A DNA stretch of 57,347 bases, counting the filler, from Jimgerdemannia flammicorona (taxonomy: Eukaryota): NCBI GenBank assembly GCA_003990765.1. It is 2 parts of 2 records of this genome, joined end to end, with 100 filler letters (N's around TTAATTAATTAA, not from the genome) between each part and the next. Parts side by side here need not be neighbours in the genome. Positions count along the whole stretch, not along the records: positions 28,737 to 57,347 come from RBNJ01000549.1; 1 more part is not named here. One strand, 5' to 3'. How positions within the stretch are numbered: position 1 is the first letter of the stretch; every line of letters starts with the position of its first letter. The notes under the pieces were generated by a model. It was given only the letters and a program-made list of their open reading frames with translations. It was not told the origin of the DNA and did not search any database. The position numbers and the translations under genes were made by a program. Shown piece after piece: positions 36,496 to 49,318 of this stretch.

Positions 36496-36976
36496 CATAC
36501 AACGTATCCGAGCATTCTATTATTGCGAGTAGATCGTCCGAGAATCCCCCAATGCTCAATTCAATAGAATACAGAATGGCCATAGTGCATTGACATAAAG
36601 CTTACATGATAAAACTAATATTCAACCTTATTGTGCAGTAAAGCTATTTATGTTTCCATCAATTCGTGCAGGCTAACTAGGATTAACGAATTCCGTTTTT
36701 TTTTTTTTTTTTTTTTTGTAAAACCGAATGGCTGTGCTGATAGATGTATGCATTACAGGTGTAGAGCTGGACATAGTATATTTTTGCCAAGAGGGATCGT
36801 ATGGGGTGATATGTAGAAAAAGACAAGGCGGAGGTGGATATGATATGTCTTTTGTCTCAATTCTCATTGACGATTGGAATTTCCTGTCCCAAATATCTGT
36901 TCCGACGACACAATATCCAATGCATCAAAACATGACAAGAGACCCCGACTTACAATGATAATTACATAAACACAAA

Positions 36977-38705
36977 TTATAGACAAACGACATTACGCGT
37001 GGAACTAGAAGAGAACGGATATTTACTGTTTCCATCTTTCATTCCATACCGAAGGGCAGTCCTGCCATCATTATGTATGCTGTGCTCTCCAGTCCCTAAA
37101 TCCATCTCGCCGACCCCCGGTAAGTTGCTGTAGCCGTTCCTTGCCTGACTTTCCGACGTATCAACCTCGTTCGGTGGAAATCTGCCATCACTCGAGTTGC
37201 TGTAGCCGTTCCTTGCCTGACTTTCCGACGTATCAACCTCGTTCGGTGGAAATCTGCCATCGTTCGAGTTACTGGAGTTATTCGTCGACTCTCGCACCGC
37301 TATATCGACTTCGTTTGGCGGAAATCGGTCATGACCTAATACTATGGGAGAGCGGTCTTCACCAGGCATTCCAACGGCCAGGACCGACAAACGCTAGGTA
37401 TTGTCACCCGGCTGACTTCCGTTGAGGCTCCCTTGGACAAACCCTGAATGATATATTTCGGACTGTAGCGGAGGATTGGTATAGGAGGGTCCTTGCTGGG
37501 CAAGTTGACCTTCGTAGTACGGGGGCTGGGCAGGAATCGCGGGGTCCCTATACTAGTTCAGTTGGTGATCTGTTTGGTAGTTCGCGTACACACCCTGACT
37601 AGGCTGCTTACTTTAATCGTACTGGAGCGGTAGAACGATAAGGCGGAATTTGCACTGGCACTGGAAATTCTTTACCGGCGTGAGCCCTGTGCGGGCTGAT
37701 CATTTTCCAGCTGCTGGACCGGTGACATGGTGGATCCTCCGCGGGTTCTGTATGGATCCGCTTGTTGAACCTGACTCACGTTGGTAACATACGGCAGCGG
37801 AATGGCTTCCGACCCGGTCTTGATGGTTTCAGCGCGCCGCCACCCCCGTTTTCGGATGTCGATAGCGGCGATAACGGCTGTCAAGCGATGCCGATTATGA
37901 GGCCTAGGTTACTGAAGCTACTGGGCTCATTCGGGATATTCGAGATATTCGTGGTGGGAGTGTAGGTTGAGGACTGGAGGATGTTCGATATAGGAGAAAA
38001 TCTGGTGATCCATTTGAACAGGATTCTAGCTTCCAAAATGTGGACGCTGCCCTTTGGCTCGTTCGAACTACTTTGCTCGCCTGACTTTACCAAAACACAG
38101 AGAATCGTCGTGAGATAGACTGTAAAAAAAAAACTCGATCTCATAAAAGAAATGAAGAGAAACAATATCTTGCTATGCTTACCAAAGGGGACTATTATCT
38201 GCCTATTTGAGAGTGTGAAATCCTTCCTGTGAGTACTCCCACCAATTTCAGGCATTGTCCAGGACCATAACTGCGTATTGAGCACAGCGACGTCGTTTAA
38301 AGTGTTGCATACCGCCGCAGATAATAATAGATATATCATCGCCACCTGAGATAAATATTTCCGTCAGCAGGTAATGGACTTTCGACATTATTCCACAGTG
38401 AAAAATGTGAGTATTGTGCACAATTTAAAGCGATGCCTTGCCAAGTACAGCAGAGTGCAAATAGCGTCTAATTGGAATATTGCCGGTTGCGTTGACCAAA
38501 ATCCATGCTGCCGTGCTTGTATATACTATCAAACGGAAAAATGGACGTTAGCTAATATTTCAAACCGAAGTAACGTCACACTACGTGAAAGTATACTTAC
38601 TCAAAAATTAGAATATCAGACATCAGAACATTGGAAGCGTTCACAAATGTTGCACTGATTTGTTGCATGGCCCAACCTCCGATATGGACTATTTTGCCAT
38701 TACCT
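36977..38705 (-). pseudogene. Kelch-TM paralog, exons 3-6, 5'-truncated and frameshifted in the TM
   Basis: LNDVAVLNTQLWSWT, LGLIIGIA*, GRFPPNEVD repeats; lacks exons 1-2. Confidence 0.85.
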
Positions 38706-39197
38706 TGAATAATGACCAGGTAACAGGGTTCATTCATTGGGACAAAAGGACTTGGCCTGATTGAAGCATTTATGTGTATGTATGCATACTCAACAGCATC
38801 CGTCTACGGTTCCAAATTTCAGCAACTTGTAAAAGCGCGAATAATCGAAACGAAAAATGAACTAAGAAATCGGAAATATTGCTACCAGTGTCACGCACGC
38901 AATACCTGTATCTTCAACAACAGCATGATGCTCTGGCGCTCCATACGAAGACTCCTTGAGGATGTTATTTTCGGGATTGGTATGCTAGTCGATTTTTGTT
39001 GGTTCAGCAGCTTAGACAGCCATGTGACCGAGAATTCTATTTTACGAGTAGGACGTCCGAGGATTCCTCAAGAGTCCAGAGTGACCATAATGCAATGGCT
39101 TTTATTTTGCATGATAAAATTAACATTCAACCTTATTGCGCAGTGCTGAAGGACTAAAGCCGTCAAGAACAATCCGTGCAGGGCTAACTAGGATTAC

Positions 39198-39235
<38 letters not shown>

Positions 39236-40111
39236 AAGACCGAATGGCGATGAGTCAAATTATTACCCCAACTCTATGTCACACATAAAGGTGTCCAAGT
39301 GAAATACAATTACAGTCTGGTCGCGCTCTCCGGCGCTCGTTGGATTCAAGGCACAAAATTCCCTTTATTTTAATAATATTTATTCGGATAGCGACTGTGT
39401 CTCAATAAGTGTGTTCTCTCTCACCCATTACGTACACCGGGTCTCGCATTGATATATTGTTCCCGACTTCATGCGCACCATTCGTAAGGCAAAAGAGAAC
39501 CATTCTATTTAAACCTCATAAGTTCCATTTTCGCAGCGTGTTTTCCTTTTCCCCCGCGTTTCATCTCCCACAACCGTGTCCGGACCGCCCCACACTCCCT
39601 TAAAACAATAGTGGTTGGCGCATCCGTACGTCCGTACCACGGGAGCTCTGCTGATCGATGTATGCATTACAGGGGTAGAGCCGGACATACCATATTTTGT
39701 CAAGATGGGTCGCATGGATATGATATGACTTAAACACCAAGAAATAATGTCTTTGTTTTCAATTCTCGTTGATGATTGGAACTTCCTGTCTGAATTATCT
39801 GTTTCGACGACACAATATTCATGCATCAAAATATGACAAAACGCAATAACTAGTAATCTGGCATATTATTAAATTATAAATGATTAATTTGTCAAAAAAA
39901 AAAAAAAAAATACATTGGGTGTCATTGACGAAAGCCGAAAACGATGTGCCTTGATAATTATCCTCGTTCCATGGTTTGAAATTCCGGCTTATAATGATAT
40001 GAAGGTGTATACACACAAATTATAGACAAATGGCATTACGCGTGGGACTAGAAGAGAAGGGAAGTTTACAGTTTCCAGTTCATTCCATACCAAAGGGCAA
40101 CCTTGCCATCA

Positions 40112-42799
40112 TTATATATGTTGTGCTCTCCATGTGCCTAAATCCATCTCGCCGGCCCCCGGTAAGTCGCTGTAGCCGTTCCTTGCCTGACTTTCTGACG
40201 TATCAACCTCGTTCGGTGTAAATCTGCCATCGTTCGAGTTGCCGGAGTTATTCGTCGACTCTCGCACCGTTATATCGACCTCGTTTGGCGGAAATCGCTT
40301 ATGACCTGATACTATGGAAGAGCGGTCGTCACCAGGCATTCCAATGGCCAGAGCCGACAAACGCCAGGTATTGTCACCCGGCTGGCTTCCGTTGAGGTTC
40401 TCTTGGACAAACACTGGATGATGTTTTTCGGGCTGTAGCGGAGGATTGGTATAGGGAAGTCCTTGCTGAGCAAGTTGACCTTCGTAGTACGGGGGTTGGG
40501 CCGTCGGCCTGATAGGAATCGCGGGGCTCCTGTACGGGTTCGACTGTTGGTTTGTTTGGTAGTTTGCGTACACATCCTGGCTAGGTTGCTTATTGTAATC
40601 GTACTGGAGCGGTATAACAGGTAAGGCGGAGTTTGCACTGGAGCTATGCGGGAAACCTTTACCGGCGTGCCAGCCCTGAGCAGGCTGATAATTCTGCAGC
40701 CCCTGAGCAGGCTGATAATTCTGCAGACCCTGAGCAGGCTGATAATTCTGCAGCCCCTGAGCAGGCTGATAATTCTGCAGTCCCTGAGCAGGCTGATAAT
40801 TCTGCAGCCCCTGAGCAGGCTGATAATTCTGCAGCCCCTGAGCAGGCTGATAATTCTGCAGCCCCTGAGCAGGCTGACAATTCTCCGGCGGCATGGTGGA
40901 TCCTCCGGGGGTGTTGTGTGGATTCGCTTGTTGAACCTGGCCCACGTTGGGGACATAGGGCAGCGGAGCGGGTTCCGACCCTGTCTTGACGATTTCAGCG
41001 CGCTTCCGTCCCCGCTTGCGGATGACGAGGAAGATGGCAATAGCGGTGATAACGGTTGTCAGCGCGCCGCAAGCGGTGCCTATTATGAGACCTAGATTAT
41101 TGACACTATTGGGTTCATTCGGGGGACTCGTGGCATTTGTGGTGGGAGTGTAGGTTGAGGACTGGAGGGTGTTCGATGTAGGAGGAAAGCTGGTGATCCA
41201 CTTGAACGGGGTTGTTCTAGTTTCCAAAATATTTATGTCGCTCGTGGGCTCGCTCGAACCATTTTTGTTGCCTGATATCACAAAAACACAGATAATTCTT
41301 GTGAGATAGACGTCCAAAACCTGTAAAACGAAAACGCAGATCCTATAAAAGAAACAAAAATGGGAGTAAGGGAAATACTTCTTGTTATGCTTACCAAAGA
41401 GGACAAACATCTGCCCATTAACCATGACCGAAGAGTGTGAATTCCTTCCTATGAACACACTCCCATCATCAATTTTAGGTATCGTCCAGGACCATAACTG
41501 CGAGTTGAGCACAGCGACGTCGTTCAAAATGATGGTGGGTGTACCCATTTGACCGCCGCAGATAATGATAGATATACCATCTCCACCTGTTGCATGTAGA
41601 GTAATTATTTCGGTCGTTAGGTTATGAACTTTCGACGTGATTCAACAGCGAAAAATGTGAGTATTATGCACAATTTAAAGCAATGCCTTGCCAAGTACAG
41701 CAGAGTGCATATAGCGTCTAATTGGAATATTGCCGGTTGCGTTGACGAAAATCCATGCCGCCGTGCTGGTACTGTCAAACGGAAAAAATGGACGTTAACC
41801 AATATTTCAAACCTAGGTAACATTACTGTACGTGAAAATGTACTTACTCAAAAACTAGAATATCAGACAAAAGCGCAGAGGAACCGCTCACATATGTTGC
41901 ATTTATTTGTTGCATGATCAAACCTCCGATATAGACTATTTTGCCATTACTTGAATAATGACCAATAAAAATTAAAAATAGTAATTGACGTTGGAATCGT
42001 ACTGCGATTATTAGAACAAATCATGCAACTCCATATTTCAATCCGTGTATGCGAAGCGAAGACGAGTAATTGAAAGAAAGAAATGTTTACGGGAGCATTG
42101 TTGCTGTGTATCCATCTCTGGGGACAGGCTTCTGCCCGACGATACCGATAGTTTTCCATTGAATCGTATCATACGTAAGCATGTCATCGAAGAAGGTAGA
42201 ACCAAGAGTATATCCTGTGAGTGCGATAGGGATACATTCAGTTAACTCAAATAAAGAAGCGGCGCAAATAGTCTGAATATTTGTGTTGGCCACTACCCAC
42301 CTGTAAACTGGTCGCCTTTTCCGCCCCAGATGTAGGCAACTCCGGATGGAGTCCACGCGGCCGACAGGAACCTCCTTTGCTGCGGGACATTGGCTGAATC
42401 AGACGTAATCGACCAAGTTTTCGTGGTAACGTTGTAGTTGGCGAATCCATTATAGGGCAATGTCGTCATTGCGCTGCTCCCTCCGCCCCAGATATAAATG
42501 GAGGAATTATCGGCAGCAGGCCACATTGTGTGGAATTCGACCGCAGGAACAGTGAAGGTCCCAGCGTCGCTTGTATGATCGATCCATGCTGGGGCTGGGT
42601 TCGTGGAATTCCATGGCTGGGAAACATCCAGAGCGTACAGGTTTGAGAAGCTAGCATAATCCGTCCCGCCACCGTAGACGTAAATAGTATTGCCGATGAG
42701 CACGGCAGACTGGCCGTACCGGCCGACAGGAGTGAAGCCTGTGACGTGGACTGTTACGATGAGCAGTAGGAGAAAGGCTCGGAAGATGTGTTTTAACAT
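40112..42799 (-). CDS. Type I membrane kelch-repeat (beta-propeller) receptor-like protein, 718 aa; exons 42799-42301, 42214-42091, 41949-41848, 41771-41692, 41586-41395, 41271-40112
   Basis: Signal peptide MLKHIFRAFLLLLIVTVHVTG; kelch motifs (IYVYGG, IYIWGG, AYIWGG, IVYIGG, IIICGG, MFVLFG); S/T stalk; TM LGLIIGTACGALTTVITAIAIFLVI followed by RKRGRKR; exon sum 2157 nt is in frame. Confidence 0.88.
40672..40884 (-). repeat. Coding 27-bp minisatellite (about 8 units, QPAQGLQNY)
   Basis: CAGCCCCTGAGCAGGCTGATAATTCTG in direct tandem. Confidence 0.95.
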
Positions 42800-42970
42800 A
42801 GGGATTCGATGGTGGCTGCTCAAGATTCCAAGAGTCGGAGAGAAAGAAATTCAAGTTTATGTGTAAATAAGAGGTGGCTGGATCTTGGTCTTCATTCAGT
42901 ACAATGCCAATGGCCAATGGTGGTGTGGGAATCTTGATCTTGTTTTACCGTCTGGCTGGGTCTAGAGTTT

Positions 42971-44434
42971 CAACGAGATGCTGTTGTCCTATTCCGGTGG
43001 ACCTTGGACGGATCCTCCATTTGATCGACATTTGCCCCATTTAGAATCCTTTCCTCATTGTAAACTTCCACTTGATAATCAATACTTCATGGCGCGTGGA
43101 AATCACGTTTCCGTATAATTGCCGTGTAACCTGCCAAGCACACAAACTAACCAAGCACACCGTTTTCGTGTGAAAACGATTGCCATTGAACAACACAAGA
43201 TGGAGTGGAAGGAGGATACAGGCGTCGCGGCTTAGGGGGCAGGGTGCATTCATTTGTTGGCCTGATTGAAGCGATCGATAAGTAGCATGCGTATATAATA
43301 CCCACAACATCGGTCTACGGTTCTAAGAGTCGCTTCTCGAACGGTGCGCAATGATTTGATTGGCCATTTCTAGATCGCCTGTTGCTTACGAGATATACGC
43401 ACAAGCTGTGAAGGCGATCCCTTGTGACGTTCCACTAGTCCACCGGATAAGTCACACGAAATGAACTTACCCGGATTTCTGAGAGTGCAGTATCTGGCGA
43501 GATGAAGCAGTGGTACAGGTACTCATCTCTCAGGGATGATGTATACCGATATATTAGATCGAAAACTGGATCTGTCGCAATCACTTTTCTTCGTATCAAT
43601 CTTAATATATCTACATAACTCTTGACTGATTTATAAAAATAAAAATAAAATAAAAAACTTCGATTGTATTCACGCAAGTTAGCTATTAAGGGAGAAGGAT
43701 AGTGGCAAAGGTTATACTTCGGGTGTCCCGTAACGTGCGAGCCTTCCCATATTTGTCCGCGTATAGAATTCCAACGAGATGCTGTTGTCCTATTCCGGAT
43801 CCTCCATAACGTAGTAATCACGGCGAGGGGGGAACATGTCACATCGAAAAACACGTTTCCGCACAATTGCAGTGTAACCTGCCAAGCATGCGGAAATACA
43901 TATAAACTAGCCATGCACACCGCTTTCGTGTGAAAACGGTTGCCATTAAACAACACAAGTGTAGTAGAAGGAGGAATACAGACATCGCAGGGTGATAAAA
44001 GAACTTGGCCTGATTAAAGCGATCGATAATAGTAACATGCGTATATAATACCCACAGCATCGGTCCACGGTTCTAAGAGTCGCTTCTCCTGCAGCGACGC
44101 ACGGTGCGCAATGATTTGATTGGCCATTTCTATACTTACGAGATACTTATACGCACAAGCTGTGAAGGCCCCCGTGACGTTCCACAAGTCCACCGGATCG
44201 GCGAGTCACACGAAATGAACTTATCCGGAATTCTTTTCGTATACATGGGAATGCAGTATCTGGACGAGATGAAGCGGAGTTACAGGTACTAATCTCTTTG
44301 GGATGATGTATACGATACACTAGACCGAAAACTGGATCTGTCGCAATCGCTTTTTATCTTAATATAACTTTGATTGTGTATTCAAAACTCAAAACGCAAG
44401 TTGAGCTACTAGAGAAGGATAGTGGCAAAGGTTA
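42971..44434. repeat. Tandem duplication of the kelch gene upstream region (42971-43713 and 43772-44434)
   Basis: Shared blocks CAACGAGATGCTGTTGTCCTATTCCGG ... GAGAAGGATAGTGGCAAAGGTTA; partial copies near 38730 and 46326. Confidence 0.85.
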
Positions 44435-45599
44435 ATAGCTAAGCTACTCATCCGAAGCGCCATTCACCCATTGGTCTTTAACAGGTGATTTACGGCTTCA
44501 TATTCAAAGAATACAACAAAAGAACCTGTGAACACAATGTCGTAGGGTCACGTGTAGGGGCTACGTCGTCCAATTTCTCTGGCCATTTAACTACAATTAA
44601 ACTGGTGTCTTCTGTGTCAAGGTAAACAATACTGACCATCGCGTGTCGAGGTATCGGGTACACCAACAACGCGAGGGTCAAAACAACCATTTATAAATTG
44701 GCATCTCTCATGTATATATATACATTCCAGCGCCACGGCTTTTAGGTTGGACGGCACTATAAATTTAAGCCCGGTGTTCTCGAGCAAAGTTCATGAGGGT
44801 TTTCGTTTTCGCTTCCAATTATGGTCCGTAGCCTAGTTCACAGTTTTGCCGAACCCCATTTTTGTAGTTAAAAGCGTAACCTCTTCGACGTCGTTTTGTG
44901 AGCAAGTCATGGGATATAAGCAGGGGAGTCATAATATTTGTTTCACTTGCCAAAGGTTTTATCTCCATCGCTTATCCCTAAACCACTTAGGGACTTAGAT
45001 TATACTCATTGATCTCATAGTAAATGTCATCGCACATCCGTCGGAAAGAACAATAATACACGTCGCATACATTAAGCAAAAAATGGTTTGCAGAACTGGA
45101 TTGTCCAGCTTCTGGTCCTTCCTGTAGTGCGTAAAAAGATGGAGTGAGAATTAGGCGATGGTTTTTTGGAGTTTGAGTAATTCTTTTGTAATATGTACAA
45201 TAAAAGATAAATTACAAGGAAGGCTATCGTTCCTTGAAATAACAGTCCATTTCACCGGTCCTCCTACTGATAGGCTGATTGAATAGATATGGGCATCCCG
45301 AAAGCCACAGAATGTGCAGCTGCCATGCTGACGTAAATCGAATTATCGTCTTTAGATTCTCATTGATGATTGGAGCTTCCTGTTACAAATATCCGCTACG
45401 GCGGCATATATATTTTTACTTCATACATCCCTACATGGCATATTTGCTAAACTTACAATGAATCATTCGCCAAAAAAATAAAATAAAATAAAATAAAATA
45501 AAATTGAGTGTCGTAGACTTAGAGCCGAACGCGATGTATTTTTTATAATTGACCGTGTTTCATATTTTGAAATTCCGACTTACAATGATGTGGAGGTGT

Positions 45600-46215
45600 A
45601 CATACAAATGACATTACGCGTAGAACTTGAAGATAAAAGATTCCGTTGTCTTGCAATCCATGCTGAAGAGCAAGCGCATCATCGTTCTCCAGAAGCCCTG
45701 TCGTCATTATGTATGCTGTTCCCATAGCCATCTCATCGGCATCCGGCACGGTGCTGGTCGTTCCGCGCCTGCATTTCTGACATTTCAATTTCGTTCGGTA
45801 AAATCTCCCATCGTTTGAGTTGCAGGAGTTATTCCAACGGCCAGGGACGACAAACGCCAGGTATTGGCACCGGATGGCGTGCGTTGGGCATGTCTTGGAT
45901 GATAGTCTTCGGGCTGCAGCGGAGGATTGACATAGGAGGTTTCTTGCTAAGCAAGCTGACCTACGTAGTACGGGGACTGGGCCGTCGGCACGATAGGACT
46001 CACGGGACCCCTGTACGGGTTCTACTGTGGTCTGTTTGGTAGTTCGCGTACACACCCTGGCAAGGTTGCTTACTGTAATCGTACTGGAACGGTAGAATCG
46101 GTAAGGCGGAGTTTTCACATCTTTACCGGCGTTCCCGTCCTGAGCGGGCTGATCGTTCTGCAGTTGCTAGACCGGCAGCATCCTCCGGGGTGCTGTATGA
46201 ATCCCCTTGTTGAAT
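45600..46215 (-). pseudogene. Kelch-TM paralog, last-exon remnant
   Basis: Colinear with 40030-40935 (NSCNSNDGRF, DADEMAMGT) with multiple indels. Confidence 0.8.
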
Positions 46216-47833
46216 CCGACCCAAGAGTCGGAGAGAGATAAATTCAAGTTTGTGGGTGAATGAACGAGCCGTGGGGACCTCATTCGGCACCCAATGGTGG
46301 TGTTTGGGAGTCATGATATCGTTTTGCCATATTTGTCCGCGTCTAGAATTCCGCTGTCCTATTCCGGGCGTTGATCAACATACCCATTGCTTTAAAACAC
46401 AAGGATGGGAAACATGTCGCATCGGAAAAACACGTTTCTGTATAATTGCCGTGTAACCTGTCAAACATACGGAAACACATAAACCAACGATTTCGTGTGC
46501 ACAGAACAGTACAGCACAAAATAGAATGTAAGGAGGAATACAGACTTCGCGGCTGCATCCATTGGAAACAAAAGAACTTGGCCTGATTTAAGCGAGCAAT
46601 AGGCGGTAGCATAGAACCTTACGAAATCCGATTGCTAACGACACTATGGCTTCATACGAAGACCCCTTGAGGCGAGCACGTTATTATTTCCGCGATTGGT
46701 ATGCTAGCCGAGGTTTTTTTTTTTTTTTAGCAAACTATATTAACCTTGAACAACCGTGCGACCGAGGTAAATTTCAGACCCCCATTATACAATGTATCGG
46801 AGAATTCTATTTTTACGCAGTGCCATGCAAATAGCAGACGGAATGAAGGATTCAAGCGGTTCGTGTTTCGAACAATCCTTGCAGGGTTGATTGGGATCAT
46901 CGAATTCATTTTTTTTGGCAAGACCGAATGGCGATGAAGAGTCCAACGATTGCCCCAACTCTGTCACATATAAAGGTGTCCAAGTGAATGTAATATACGT
47001 TCTGGTCGTGTGCCCCAGCGCTCGTTGGGGACAAGGCACCATTGGCGCCAGGCAGAAAAAATTCCTTTTTGGATTTGTTAGAGTAATATTTGCCCTGCTA
47101 GCGACCTACTCCTCAATAAGGATATCTGCAGACACCGCGTCCCGCATTGATATGTTGGTTCAAACTTCATGCGTATCATTCGTAAGGCAAAAGACGACCA
47201 TTCCATTTAACCCTATACGTTCCATTTTCGCAGCATGTTTTCCTTTTCCTATGCGTTTGACCTTCCTCCAACGGTGTCCGGCCCGCCCCATACATGGACA
47301 TGCTCTAGTTGCTGGCGGTCGCTGCTTTCTCAAGTACGTCCGTACCACGGCGGATAATCTAAACATTGATGTCAGACTACGAGGCGTATCTCCCCTAACG
47401 TCGGTACATACTGAGTAAACATTCAATGCACCCTGTACCAGCCTGATCAATGATCAATGTATGCATTACAAGTGTAGAGCTGGACACATCGTAACCGTCG
47501 CATGGGGGGAGAAACAGGCGGAGGCGGACATGATATGTTGTAAACACCAATAAATTGCGCCTTTTGTCTTTAATTCCCATTGGACGATGGGAGCTTCCCG
47601 TCACAAATATCCGTTCCAGCGACACAATAATCCATGTATCACAGCATGACAGGATGCCCCAACAAACAAACTAGTAATATGGCATATTATTAAAGTTAAA
47701 AATAAATTGCTTGGCAAAATAAAAACATTGAGTGTAATGGAAATCCAAGAATAATGCACTATAATAATTGGCCATGTTTCAGATTTTGAAATTTCAAACT
47801 CACAACGACATGAAGGAGCACATAATGGAACAA

Positions 47834-47990
47834 TGACATATGACATTACGTGTGGAACTTTGAAGAGAAGGAAAATGTTCAGTTTCCATCGTCTTACAAT
47901 CCATGCCGAAGGGCTCGTTTCCCAGCAGTCCTGCTGTAATTATTTATACTTTGCTCTCTTGGTCTCCATACCCATCTCATTGGCATCCCT
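47834..47990 (-). pseudogene. 3' tip of a fifth kelch-TM paralog, truncated at a LINE
   Basis: Matches 36988-37118; shared 3' flank at 46780-47830. Confidence 0.65.
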
Positions 47991-49200
47991 ATCCTACATT
48001 AAAGCTGTCCTTACACTCATAACTTCTACCCACTATCAAATGTCCTGACCAAAAGTTCAATATAATATTCCTCCTCAAGATATACCACCATACTACTCAA
48101 AACTTAGGAGGAAACTATTGTCACACCTCAGCACTCCAAGACCAGACTCCAGCTCAGTCCCAAACCTTCCCAATATCTGCTATCTACCAGCCTACAGGCC
48201 ACAGATCTTGACCCACACCCCACTGATGCTCAATACCCTCCTCAATGTTAAAGTCTACCAGTAGTATACTATCTAACAGGAGCCTGTCTCACCTCCACAT
48301 CACAGGACCCCTTTGAGTCTCACCCTCATTACTATACCAGTGTAAGCCAATATAATATGTAAGTACCCTCTACCACTCTCTACCAGAATCTCTAGTACTG
48401 CAAGCACTGACTATTTTTCAATCTAACTATAGACAGCAGATTACCAGAAGAATTTTTAGAGAAGAACCTCACCTCCCAGACCTTCTGCATCAATGACACC
48501 CAATTACCACTCTATAGCTTAATAGCTCTCTTCAGCCACCAGACTCTAAGGCTGTGCAGCCTCTTTGAGAAGTCTACCAGAGCTATATATCATCATTACC
48601 AGTTATATTGACATATACTTCACTATTGATATTATTACTTTTTGCTGACTCAAAAGTATATAGCTTAGGTATAAATGTAGATATCTTCTTCAGATACTCA
48701 GTATATATTACTTTTGTATAAAATATATCTCTATCTTAATTATTATTAGTTTTAGCAATATTTGTATTATATTACTCTTTATTATTTCTCTTAATTCTTT
48801 CCACTACTCTTATACATATTACCAATGCTAGCCTCTATGCTTATTTTCATCATTCTTCTTATCTTTATAATAGTAGTCATTCTACATATACCTATACTTA
48901 CTACAGTAATAGCAGTTTATATCAAACTTAGATTCATATTTTTAATCTTGTTAGTACTTCTTACCTCATCTATATAATCTATAGAATATTTTTTTATCAT
49001 TATCACTTCTATTTCCTTAATATATCTTCTTATTTATAAGGCTCATTATTATATAGATATAGTTTATAAGCTTATTGCTTTTATATATAGCTATTACTAT
49101 AATATTATATATTTCAGAAAGACTTCTTATTAAGATCAGAGCCTTATCTTAATCACCTATATACTCTACTAATATACTTAGAGAATTCACTTGATTTATC
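47991..49200 (-). mobile_element. LINE ORF2 fragment related to the 21330-28636 LINE
   Basis: Reverse complement of 48530-48580 matches 27517-27570 (LVDFxKRLHxLRxWWLK). Confidence 0.75.
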
Positions 49201-49318
49201 AGATTGTTAATATAATTAACATATTTATAGATTCTCTTTTTAGACTTTATTTATAGATTGAATAGCTGAGATTTCAGATAGAACTGATTTGATATAGATG
49301 CTTACACATGATGATTAT

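Noticed and set aside
40633..41095. ORFs 40312-41040, 40633-40989, 40646-41095, 40659-40880, and a CRISPR-like look of the 27-bp repeat
   Set aside because: These are alternative frames of a stop-free coding minisatellite; there are no spacers and the context is eukaryotic
43041..47846. Short ORFs in the duplicated flanks of the kelch array
   Set aside because: Frames are not preserved between duplicate copies
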